Assembly (NCBI RefSeq): GCF_006345805.1 | Contig: NC_042997.1 | Location: 77,624,001 to 77,688,000, forward strand | DNA from: Octopus sinensis | Taxonomy: Eukaryota | Direction: 5' to 3' | DNA: 64,000 nucleotides | Part shown: positions 12,101-25,200 of the stretch, one piece after another | Layout: every line of letters begins with the position of its first letter | Position numbering within the stretch: the first letter of the stretch is position 1 | The notes under the pieces: generated by a model | What the model was told of the DNA's origin: nothing | The model's input: only the letters and a program-made list of their open reading frames with translations | Database searches by the model: none | Position numbers and translations under genes: made by a program

Positions 12101-15100
12101 CTGGAGTTCCTGCCAACAAATTTTGAATGAGGAGTTGCAAATGAAAAGAGTTGCTGCAAGATTTGTACCTCACTTGCTCACAGAAGACCAAAAGCAGTCA
12201 TGACTGAATTCATGCCGTGAACTGAAAGAACAGTTGAAAGTTGATCCAGACCTTTTTTTGAAGGTCATCACTGGTGACAAAAGCTGGTGCTATGGCTATG
12301 ACCCAAAAATGAAGCAGCAATCAAGTCAATAGAAGCATTCAATGTCCCCCCCCTCCAAAGTGTATCAAGTGAAGTCCAATGTCAAGATGCTGCTGATTTG
12401 TTTCACTAGTGTGAAAGGAATTGTCCACACAGAATTTGTTCCTCTTGGTCAACCAGACATTTTACTTGGCAGTTCTGAAGCATTTGCAGGACACAGACGA
12501 AAATGCCCCAACCTGTGGAGAGTGGCAGTTTCATCATGACCATGTGCCTGCACACGCTGCCTTGAGTGTGAAACAGTTTTTGACCAAAAATGGCATGACT
12601 CCCACTTACCCACCCTCCCCATTCACCTGATCTTGCTCCTTGTGATTTTTTTTTTGTTTCCCCTGAATAGAAAAAGTCCTTAAAAGAAAATGTTTTGCAG
12701 ATGTGGAAGAGGTGAAAGAAAAAAATGACGGAGGCATTAAAAGGCATCACTTCACAAGAGCTCCAGGATTGCTTCGAACAGTGGAAAATGCATCTGGACT
12801 GTTGCATTGCTTTAAATGGAGAGTACTTTGAAGGTGGTAAAAGTGTAAACATGTAAAACTAAGTGAATAAAATAATATTGCAGAATCCTTTGAGAAGCAC
12901 AAATCCTATGTCATAACTCTAGGGCTTCATAAAAGTAAACAAACAACAAATAGTGAAAGAAATAGATATGGTTTAATAGAAAAATATTTGTGAGTGGTTA
13001 GCTTGATCAAAGCCATTGTATGCATTGTAATATGTAATATTCTCTTTTGCATTGAACCTGAACTGCCCTGAGCACCCTTTCTTCTAGGAGGGGATTTAGA
13101 TTGCTTCATTGTCATAACTTAGATGAAACTCGGCTAATTCTATAATGAGATTTCCCACACGTCAGATATAAGTTATTTATTTCTCTTGGGAACCTTATAA
13201 CTTGTATATTTTACATAAAGATGTGTAGCTTAATATTTTCTCTTTTATTTTCAGTTTGTGCTTTTTTTTGTATTTATTTTGTTTTGTGAACTTGCCATAT
13301 AGGAATTAAATGTAATGTACATATAAAGACATTTAAAGGGATTCTCACCAAGAAAATGTTGAAGATGTTGAATTTGCCACACAAGTAGTAAACTGAATGA
13401 TACTATTTGCTAACACACTCCTTGTCTACAAATTTATGCCTGCCTGAATACTGATTTCAGAATCACTTTTTATTAATATTTATAAATGTATATATGGCTG
13501 TTTGAGTTCAAACAGTAGACTGTTTGAGTTCAAATCCTATTGGGTTCACCTTTATCTTATTTTTTTTGTAGTGTTATTCAAATTCTGAGGTTCATTGATT
13601 CAGTAACATTAGAAATCATTATAAATATTTGTATTAAGTGCATGGGACAAAATGCATTGTGGCATTTCTTTCAACACTCTATATACTGAGTTTCAGTTTC
13701 ACTAAAATCAATTGTCTTTCATCCTTGAGCACTGAGGGTCAATGTAATTGACTTGCCCCCTCTCCTTAAAATTGGTGGCTTTGCACCAAAATCTGAAACA
13801 ATTATTACCTCTGTCTTAGTGAAGGTGGAGGTATTGTTTTCAGTCGTGTTTGTTTGTCTGTGGATAAGATATCAAGAACCGCTGGATAGATTCAGATGAA
13901 ACTTTCAAGCATGTTTGGCCTTGTGACTGCCACAAACTGATTAGATTTTTGGGATCAATCTGGTACTGTACAAGGATTCTGGATTATTTGTTATATTTAC
14001 ATGATTGCAATCTTATGTTGATTTCCAAGTCTTTCTCATTTATCTCCCTTTAGGCTATTTCCAAAGTTTTATTTTCATTCCTCTATTATTAATTTTACAC
14101 GCGTCTCTATCTTAGGAACTGATGGATAAAGAAATCAAACTACATAAACATACGGCAGCAATACCATTCAGAAATTAAATAACCCTAACATTTTTATAAT
14201 ATATTATATATACATATTAACACTTTACAGTATACTTACATATATACATACATCTATACATCAATCTAACACAACAGGAATACTAAAGGAAGGCTGGAAT
14301 TTAAGAGACAAGAAAACAAAAAGGGCTCATGCTATTCATTTAAAAATTCCTGAATAGAACTTATTAACTCTGCCATTGAAACTACTTTGAATTGTGAATT
14401 TGTTAACTTTGGCTTGTATTAGATAAGGATAAACTATTTATTACTGTTGCTAAATTTTCTACAGTCACCATGACTACCATTGGGATCGATCAGATACCGG
14501 ACAAGGATTCTGGATTATTTTTCTGTTTTTTTTACTTAATTTTTGAGAGCGGTTGGGTTCATTTTTAGTATTCTCGTTTGTGAGAGCAGTCAAGTTAATT
14601 TCAGATATTCTCATTTCAAAAATCACCTCTGGCTAATCGTTGGTGTTGCCTTGGTTTGTGCTCTGTGAGTCCTCATTGATTTCAGATAGAATATAACCAC
14701 AATTATTTAAATAATTTAAGATGAAATTAACATCTTGATTGTTGTACTTTTAGTTAATGAGAATAGGTCAAATGTGTCAGTCCTTGCTGGCAATGAATAA
14801 TAGCTGTGAAGTAGCTTTGATAGATCATAATGTGAGAGACACTACTGAGTCATTGAAGTATCATTAATTAACTGACATTTTATATCATTGCTAGTACTGT
14901 GTTGTTACATAAGAATTTTCTGTATTTCAGTTAATCCACTTGTAATTATGTTCTTTTGTTTAACCATAGGTTAATCCTGATTCACCAAAAAATGTGATCA
15001 AAGGCATTCCACCTATGAGACTTCTGTCTTTTATCTCATGATGTGGTATATCTAGAACTACATTATCCTTTGTCTTTTGTGGTGATAGGAAGAGCATTAA

Positions 15101-18100
15101 TCCGTAGAAAATCTCCCTCAACAAATCCAATCTGACCCATGCAGGCATGCAAAAGTAGATGTTAAAATTATGATAATGAAATTACAAGGTAGAATTACTG
15201 ACTCTAGTAAAATAGGCTCTCCTGTTTACAATCTTTCTCACAAAATCCCAATATACTATTGTAATATTGGTTTTAAATTTCGGCACAAGGTCAGCAATTT
15301 GGTGGGGTGAGGAAGTAAGTCAATTACATCAACCCAGTGCCTTGAAATGATGAAAGGCAAAGTCGACCTCGACGGAATTTGAACTCAGAACATAAAGATG
15401 GACAAAATGCCACTAAGCATTTTTTCCAGCATGATAACAGTTCAGCCAGCTCACTGCCTGATACTATTATAATATTGGCTTCACATTTTGGAACAATGCC
15501 AGCCATTTTGGGTGAGGGGTAAGTCGATTACATCATCCTCAATGGTTAACTGGTACTTATTTTATCAACTCTGAAAGGATGAAAGGCAAAGCTGGCCTTG
15601 GTGAAGTTTGAACTCAGAATATAAAGGCAGATGAAATGCTGCTAAGCATTTTACTCAGCTTGGTAATGATTCTGCCTACTCACTACCTTATACTATTGTA
15701 ATATTAAAACTGGAAGAGATAGACCCAAGAAGACATGGGGCAAGGTGGTGAAGCATGATCTTTGAATTTTGGGCCTCATGGAGGCAATGACAAGTGACTG
15801 AGACCTTTTGTGATATGCCATGCGTGAGAAGACCTGTCAAGCCAACTGTTGTGGCTGATGCCTGTGTTGAATAAAGGGCACCCATGCCAGTGGCATGTAA
15901 AAAACACCCTTTGTTGTTGGGTCTCATGGAGGTGATAAGTGACTGAAGCCTTTAGTGATATGCCATGCTTGAGAAGACTTGTCAAGCCATAGTTGTGGCT
16001 GGTGCCGGTTTTACATAACTGGCACCTGTGCTGGCAACACGTGAAGAGCACCTATTACACTCTTGGAGTGTAAAAACCATGCCAAATCAGATTGGAACCT
16101 GGTGCAGCTCTCCTGCTTACCAGTTTCAGTCAAAACATCTAACCCATGCCAGTATGGACAGCAGATGCTAAATGATGATGATGATTATAAAGTAGAAATA
16201 TTACTTCACAAACTTATCTTTAAATCTTAAGTATAACAATAAAAACTGCTCATAGAAAGCCCTGTCATTCAATACAAGAAATGCAAAGACAACTGTGATA
16301 GCATGAAATTAAAAGTAATATTGATTTATCCTTCATTTGTATAAAAAGAAGTAAATAATATAAAATCTATATAGGTTGAGTCATAAACAGCTTTGAGAAA
16401 AAAAACAATTCCTGTTGTTTGGACTAAGTCCTTTAAGCATGTGTTCTCTAAGAATCCAATAAAGAATGTTCACCTTGAATTGCAAAATCAGCAGATTCTG
16501 TTTTTCTGAACAGTTGGATGTGGAATATGATTAGCTAAATGTTAACCAATGGTAATGTGCAGACAGATTAACATAACAGGACATGTAAAAAACCTAAATG
16601 TGCACTGTCTATTATTATTATTATTTTTTTTTTTTTTTTTACCTTTTAACCCCACATGCACACATAACCATATACAATATATCAAATATAAAAGGTTTTT
16701 ATTGTTGATTATATGCATTTTCTCTTGGTTGTGAAGCCAATCTTTCAAAGCTACTCAGTAACTTTCAAAGAGTGACAATACATTTTAGGTATAGTATGTG
16801 CCAAATATTGCTTTGATAACTGATATTTCCCTCATGAGTGAAGTGGCTCTATTTCAGTTGTTTCTAGTTCAATATCGTATTTAACATTTTAGATTTATGG
16901 AATACCTTTTTCTTAATGTTTGATAAGTTACCTCAATCAATTCGGTACTAATTCTGCTTGAATATCATTTACTTGTTTATCATATTCTCTCTGATTAAAT
17001 TTATTCAGTATGCAATTACATAGTCTATTTTCATAAAAAACAGCATTTCTTTTTACAGCACAGTCCATTGGGTACCATCAAAAAAGATGACCCATTCTTA
17101 GAGCAGAACCTACACTACTCACTTCATTAAAATGATCCATCAAGAGTGATGAAAAAAAAATATAGGAAGATGCAATCTATTTTCAATAGTAGACATACAA
17201 CACAGATTGTTTTACAGAGCAGCCTGTAGACTTCACAGATTTTAGTTTGAATTTCACCAGCCTTCTCTTCATTGTCTATCTTTTCAGAACATAACCTGTA
17301 CAGTCAGTCATATACTTGAGATAAATACAATAATATAAAATCTTTAAAAATATTGGCTTTCTTGTGTAGAAAACTATTTTATTTTGGTATGGAACTTTGC
17401 CTGAACTACTTATAGATCTTCTTGAAGTAAATTGGTATTGTTGGAATATAAGTTGAAGGTAATTTACCTGTTTCAGAGAATGGTCAGCTCAAAATCAAAC
17501 CATTCAGTTCATCATCAAATAAGAACAAAGGGAATTCAAGTTTATAAATGATGACCTGTTTTACACTAGCATCACAATTAAATCCACCTGCACAGAAGAA
17601 ACTAATTATTGCCAGGAAATGCATTCAACTATAGCACTCATTTCAATCAACCATGCATAACTTTCACTGTATATTATGAGTACATATTTAGAAACTAAAC
17701 CTTTAATAAGAAAATTTATATTACTTAATAAAAAAAAAATGTTTATCATGTTAAAAGAAACTTAATGATTTAGCTGTTCCTTTTTATTATTTTTAAGCTT
17801 TAATTCACCTTAAAAGCAAAGAAGCTCACAATTGTGTTTTTCCCCATCTTTCCATTGTTTAAGATTAATTCCAGCTTCCATTTAGAGGTTCTAGTTAGTT
17901 ATCTACCTTCATATTAGTTACTGTCCATTTGCTGTTAAGTTGTTAGTTGAGGTTGCATCTTACAGGACAACTTAACTGTAGGGGGTGATGGTGGGAATAT
18001 GTCATTATGTCTCATCAGTAACCAACTACCTACTGTTTTATGTATTCCCTAACCCTACTTCTGCAACAGCTGCTATTATTGTGGTGTATTTTGCCTCCTT

Positions 18101-21100
18101 ACCCCTTACTCTTTAGTATCCCCTCCACCCATTTCTGTGTTGGCAAACTAGATAGTAATAATGAAGAAACGAACTCCATATTTCATGTGTACTTTATCAT
18201 AGATGCTGTCCGTCGTGCTCTGCAGGTAAACCTAGTCATTGTTTTCTTTGTTTCATTTAAATAAGAGAAGGAAGCAGATCTCTCTCTCTCAACATCAATT
18301 AAATGTGGAAGTTGATTAATTAGTCACACAATGAAAATTGTTTCAATGATATTAATTTACTCAATAGATGGTTTCTTACATAAACATTGTTGTAACCTTT
18401 ACTTACAATTCTGTTTAATATTTTTAAAAGTTAAAGACAATGTGTGTGTCTGTGAGTGTATAAATGTATTTCTCTAATTGCTTCTATTTTTCCACAGGTA
18501 TTCTGGCATCTTGATGTATTTCGACGTAGTTTTAAGAACTATAATGGACATGTGTGTATGGGAAATTCCTGCATTTTTTGTAATTTGAAGGTAATCTATC
18601 TTTATATATTCTACATTTGGTATGCTTATTGTTCTATGCTTAAATGTCTTAGTTTTCTAGCATCAGACATAATATAATGCCTTGCAGTATTTAGTTACAG
18701 CCCTTAACTTTCTGTTGATCTTTCTGGGGGTTAATAAACTGTAGTACCAGCCATGTCAATATTTTCCCTGACATGTCTGTTAAAAAATATATAAACAATG
18801 ATAAAGTTTCTATTAAAAAATAAGTTTATCTCATTGCAGGTCATCTTCACACAACTTCGGTATAGTGACAAAAGTTCACTGCATCCAAATGCACTGAGAC
18901 GAGCATTGGCTGAGGCTTTTGTTGACCAACACCGCTTTCAGCTTGGCCATATGGATGATGCTGCAGAATGTTTTGTAAGTCTACAGAATGCTTCTTTGGT
19001 ATTCTTACTGTTGATATCCAATTACAATTATATGTTTATACCAAAGAATTATACAATTAATTCCACTTGTCTTAGATACTGAGGGAAAGATATCAGTTCT
19101 TTTTCATAAAATTTGATACAGGAAACTTTTCCTATCTTGGAATATTTGCACTTAATTTGTTTAATGGAATAGAGTAGTCAGAGCCAAACACCAGCTTTAT
19201 AAACCGATGTGAATCTAAAAATGAAAGTATTTCTGTTTTATTATAAAACAAAGAAACTATTATTTTATGCTTGGCTTGTCTTGTTATTAAGGTTAATATT
19301 TATTATTTCTGTTAATATTGTCTGTGAATTGGCAAGTGACAAAAGGTATTGGGAGCTTATAGGTCATGTGCTGAAAGATTTCCTGACATTCTTCATCTTT
19401 CTGGAGAAGGCAGTAATAAACCATTGTGTCTTTCTCTTTAAGGTTGTAAATATATTTGTCTTCCATTTATTGCCATATGTAATATTTTGCTTGTTACACA
19501 AACCCAGTCAGTTCTGAAACAGACTTGCATTATTGAAGTAGCTGTTGCAAGTTGTCAGATGACTTGATTAGGGTGAAACTGAGATTTGCTCAATATTCTA
19601 GTTGGTCTTTACTTAGCATAATGTCCCTCACTTTAATTACAGTCAAGGATTCTAAAAAAGATTTGTGTAGTTTGAGCTGGTTTAAGTAACTATACAGGAG
19701 CTCCTTCATTAAATCCACTATTGTTGAGAGATACACTGATGTTAATGTAGTTTAAATATTTGTATCATACAAACTATTTTCTCTTCAGTACATCATAATT
19801 TTGGCAACATATTTGCATTGTATCCATTTTATACCTGTAGGAAAACATTCTCCGAAGGATCCATTTCCATATTGCTAATGGCTACAATGAAGATCAATGC
19901 ACAGCAACACATTGTCTGACACATCGTAAATTTGCTCTAACTGTTTCAGATCAGGTAATACAAAACATATACATGTCCCTCGCTCTCTCTCAAACATACA
20001 CACTTGTAAGCACACATATACACACTTGCACTTGTTTTTATCTGCTTATTGTCATTGATATATGGTACAAAATGTTTGTTTATAACTGATAAGTGTTTAT
20101 TAATATCAACATTTGTTTTGTCAGTTCTCTTTTTTCCCCTTGTCTTTCACTCATCCCTCTCTTTATCATTCATACACACATAACACTCTCAATTCAGTGA
20201 TTAAATTTGGTTAACTTTTCAGTCATTTTTTAAAAAACAAAAACAAAGAATACATATATCCAATATCTTATTCTCTTTCAGGTGCAATGTGTGTGTGGTG
20301 CTGGTTCTAAACCTTTAGTTTTCTCTGAAATAGTTCACTATGTGTCTGTTGCAGCTTTGGTGTAAGTATATTTTTCTGTTTTCTCACAGTCTGAATATAA
20401 AACCCAGTGATTTCATATCAAGGGAATAGAGGGATTTTTTTTCATATATGGAGTAAGGCAGGCACTTAGTATCTGAAATAGAAGACTCCTAGCATATTTG
20501 TTGCTAAGTAAAAGTAATGTGTTACACTTCATAGATTACTAGTGATATTAACATAACCAATTCACCTTCACTAATATTAAAACGTGGATATGGTATATCT
20601 TTTCACCTCCTTTCTAACTACACATCTTGATAAATATAATCTGCATATTTAGTTATTTTTTGTATCAACTTATTTATGGATGCATAATTTGAATTTCAGT
20701 GGAGAAGACATTTAAAGCTGTAAAAGTGCACTTTTCTAGCATCATCCACCATGGTTGAAGATGTAATGTGATATAGATTCTGAGCTGAGAAAGTAAATGT
20801 TATTGCTGGTGTTCATGATAATCACACTTTATATATCTCATTTTCCCCCATATCAATTCAATCTTAGGTTTTGTGCTGGTTACATGTTAAGCACACTTAA
20901 TCTCCATTGACAATATAAAATTTCTGGCCAGATTTCAAGCAAACTGTGCAACTAGAAATACCAACAAATTTACTAACAAAACCAACACTGGATGCACTGG
21001 TGCTGCAAATGTAAGGAGTGGGGCAAGCAATGTAGATGTGTTACAGTTTGTCATTTAAACCAGCATGGAAAATAGTTATGGAAACAGATATTGTATTGAT

Positions 21101-22237
21101 TTTTTTTTGTCTTTTACAGAAACCAAGCAAATAAGATAATTGAAAGTGGATGCAAAGTTACATCAGATAAATTTGGTCTTTTACTTCGAAATGCCTGCAG
21201 TGTTGGTGATGTCCGTGATTGTCCTGTGAGTATTTTAAAATTTTGCTTTATAATTAGCATTTTTATGAAAATATGTTCAAGAGAATCATCCAACTAGCCA
21301 AGAGGAGAGGGCAGTGGTTCATATCTCATTACTAGTAGTGAAATGTTTTCATAACCTAAGTACTTGAAATGAGGAATTAATAGATATATGAATTAACCAA
21401 TGTGAATTGCAGCATCATTGTAGTTTAATTCCCAATAGAAAGTTACTTTTGATAATTCAGTATTATATCTAGGAAGCGGGTTATTTCTCATCTATCACCA
21501 TCATTTTAATGTCCACTTTTCCATGCTTGCATGTGTTGAATGAACTTTGTCAAGGCAGATTTTCTGTAGCCAGATACACTTCTTGTCACCAGCCTTTACT
21601 TGTTTCCAAATAAGGTAATATTTCCCCATGGCCAGACATGTTTTAACGGAAGATTGGACATGATCAACAATGCTTGTATTACAGTTATCTCGCGATATCC
21701 TGACAAGCAGAAAATAATACACACACATACATACTCTAGCATGGCTACAGTCAAATGACTGAAACAAGTAAAAGAATATACAAACATGCATGCAGGGCTT
21801 CTTTCACTCTCCAACTACCAAATCCACTCACACGGTTGTAGTTGGCCTGGGAATATATAGTAGGGGATACTAATCCCAGTGGGATTAAACCCAGAACCAT
21901 GTGGTAAGGAAGCAAACTTCTTAACCACCTGCACTTATGTAAAACTATATTAACTTTAAATATTTCAACAATTTAGATTTCCAGTTGACTTAGAAAACTC
22001 AGAACAGTTATTACTTTCACATTGCTCATAATTTGCTTTGTTTACATATTGGTTCTACATATTTACAGAAATCATGTGGCAGAAAAGTTAATATACGAAG
22101 AACTTTACATAATCAACCTGATGTTGGTGAGTTATCAAGTTTTATATCTTATAAGCCTGTCAGATCTTTTGTTACAGACATTTTATGGAATACTAGCAGA
22201 GATACCTGGTGTTGCTTAGGATTTTAATGGTTTAGTT

Positions 22238-22272
<35 letters not shown>

Positions 22273-25200
22273 TGTAGTTATGTTGAACAGGTGATATGGG
22301 AAAGTGCAACATTGACGACAAAACATTTGTGGAGTAAATGATGGTCTAATTCGACTAAGTGACATGTAATACGTCCGTTTAGAGGATTCTTGGCCCTAAC
22401 CTGTCATGGAATATGGGAGTGGGGGGAGGAGAGTATGTAATTTTTGAACCCACTGAAAAGCTGTCGGTGGATATACTCACCTTTGAGGTGGTCAGTGCTG
22501 CATCTAACATGGCCCATCATATGGTTGACAGTCAAATGAATGGAGGTGCTGTACGTAAATGGGTACATTCTGGAAATGGGCTGCAATGGGAGATGGCAAC
22601 AGGGAAGTGAACTGTTGAATTGTTGCAGAAGGTGAAGAGTTAACATGGGATTGCTGATGTGATTGTAGAATAAAAAAACATAATGTGAGCCTATGCAGTC
22701 ATATGAGAACATGTAGTAATGAATTACTTGAAAAAACAAGGTATAATGGCTTACCGTGTGGTATGTATACAGTATACCTGTATTTTTGTATGCAGAGTAA
22801 ATTAATGAAATATAAGCAAATGAATGAAAAAGAAACACATGTATGGAACTACTAATTTAACGGTAAATGCCACAATAATTATTACAAAGAGACAAAGAAT
22901 TATATAGAATAAATTTTGTTAATATAAGGGTAAATATGTAGTTGTAAATACCTTGCAACTGCTGAAATAATTATTAACTAGTAATGGAACAGTAAATGTG
23001 TATTTTTATATATACCTTGGACCCTCATTGTCTTTTTTTTTTTCAAGAGTTTCACCTCTAGCACTCACAAACATACATTCAGGCATGTCAGTCATCACAT
23101 ATGTATGTGTAGATGTGTGTGTGTGTGTGTTTAATAATGTACGTAATGCGGAAATACAGTCACAGATACACACACTCATACACTCATATACAAAACGTTA
23201 CATCGTTGTGGTATAAACTGTTCCTGACATACACTCACATTCATATGCTAAGATAGCCACACCAATGTCACTTGTTATATATGTGTGTGTTTAATAATGT
23301 ACCTAACGCAGAAAGATACACTATGAGACTTATACACTTACACAGATACACAGCCATATACAAAATGTGATGTTGTCATCGTTGTGATATAATATGTCCT
23401 GTTAACAATAGAAAGATTATCTCTATGAATTGTTATATTGTTTTAAAGGAAATGAAAATAAAATTCTGCATTGACACTGGCCAGCCCTCACATATAGTAA
23501 AATAGACACACACAGACATACATTCACGCATGTCAGTTGTCACATGTATGTGTAGATGTGTGTGTGTGTGTGTGTTTAATAATGTACCTAACATGGAGAG
23601 ACACACACACTGAGACATATACATACACTTACACTCAGACAGATACAGTCATATACAAAATGTGATGTCATTGTCATATAAAATGTCCTGTTAACAATAG
23701 AAATATCTCTATGAAATGTTATATTGTCTTAATTGAAATGAAAATAAAATTTCATATTGACACTGACCAGCGCTTGCATCCATATAATGTGTTTAATAAC
23801 CTACTTAATGCAGAAAGACACACACTGTGAGACATATACACACTAATACACTTACATACATTCACAGACAGATAGTCATATATAAAATGTGACGTCGCTT
23901 TTGGTTAGAATTAAAAGTAGTATAAAAGTGAAACAATATATCGCATTACAATATAGATCTTATTCTTTCACTTTTTATACGTAATACCAAACCAGTGCCA
24001 ATGTTGCATTGTTTTAATCCAAATGACAAAAAAAACAATTACATGTTGACACTCACAGGGTCTGATAGTATTACCATGTAAAATTTGATTTTATTTGATT
24101 GAGTCGTTTGGGAATGCATTGGGAATAGAGGGTCAGAGTGACAAAGGATTTGATATATATATATATGTGTATATAGATGACTAAGAGAAATCTTAGTTGA
24201 TAAATAGAAAACAAAACAAAAAAAATGCCATCATTGATTAATTGCATTACCTAAGATCTGAGTTAATAGTAAAGACTGTCTATGGTGACAAAGTTGATGT
24301 CATCTTACTGGCCAAACAGTCAGTGGTTTATATCCCATCACAAATATTGTACTTTGATTTTGGCCAATACACCTTAAGCTTTTGTTGCTCTAATAACCTG
24401 TATTTTGTTGACTTCCCAATATTAAACTCAAGTATCTATTAGCAGAGATGGGGACTCAAACAGTCAAACCACTTTTTCTTCTAAAGCAGAACCATTCTTT
24501 ACCCTTAAATTTGATTGCAATATCTAATTTACAGATAACTAAATCATAGATGGTAGCCTGAAGGCTAAATAGAGCTGGTAACATTGAAATACTAATAAAG
24601 ATTTGTTTTACTCTCTTTTCAATTTATTTTTTATTGTCTTTAATGAAGAACACTTTGAAGTGCAGCTTTGGCTACAATTTTTTTTTCTTTTTTATTGCCT
24701 AATGCTGCAAATTATTAGACGTTACTATTTAATTTATAGCTTTTGTCTTAATTCACTTGCAATTTGTGTATACGTCTCATTGGCAATCAAATGAAATATG
24801 TATACCTGTGATTGCCTATCTTCATATATCTCTGTCCCTTGTCTCTGTTTATGCATGTTGCAGCCTGTTTATCCATGTCTGGTTATTCATATCTTTCCAA
24901 CTGTAGCTCTGTATCTATCAGTGACTGTCTAGCTAATCCAACCATAAATATAGTTTATAACGATCCTGCTTTGAAACTAAAAGATGTAGACAACTGATGA
25001 TGAGTAATTTGATCCATTTACCACCTTTGCATGGATAAAATTGGTTATTGATTGAAGGTTATATATATATATATATATATATCAAGTAATGAGAAATATA
25101 TAAGCAGTATTGCTTATATATTGCAAGTTTTCTATAACATCTGTTGATCTTATTGTGAAACAAGATTAATTTCTACTATGTAATTTTAATTTATTCTCCC

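Noticed and set aside
14970-15188. Possible cryptic exon in intron 1 (acceptor aaccatag, donor aag|gtagaa), reading [23 protein letters not shown]
   Set aside because: Stops in all frames, no recognisable homology, and splice-like sites of this strength are common.
22404-22838. 144-aa antisense ORF with donor-like GTGAGT/GTAAGC sites
   Set aside because: Low-information composition, no motif, and other frames are closed; no consistent exon model.
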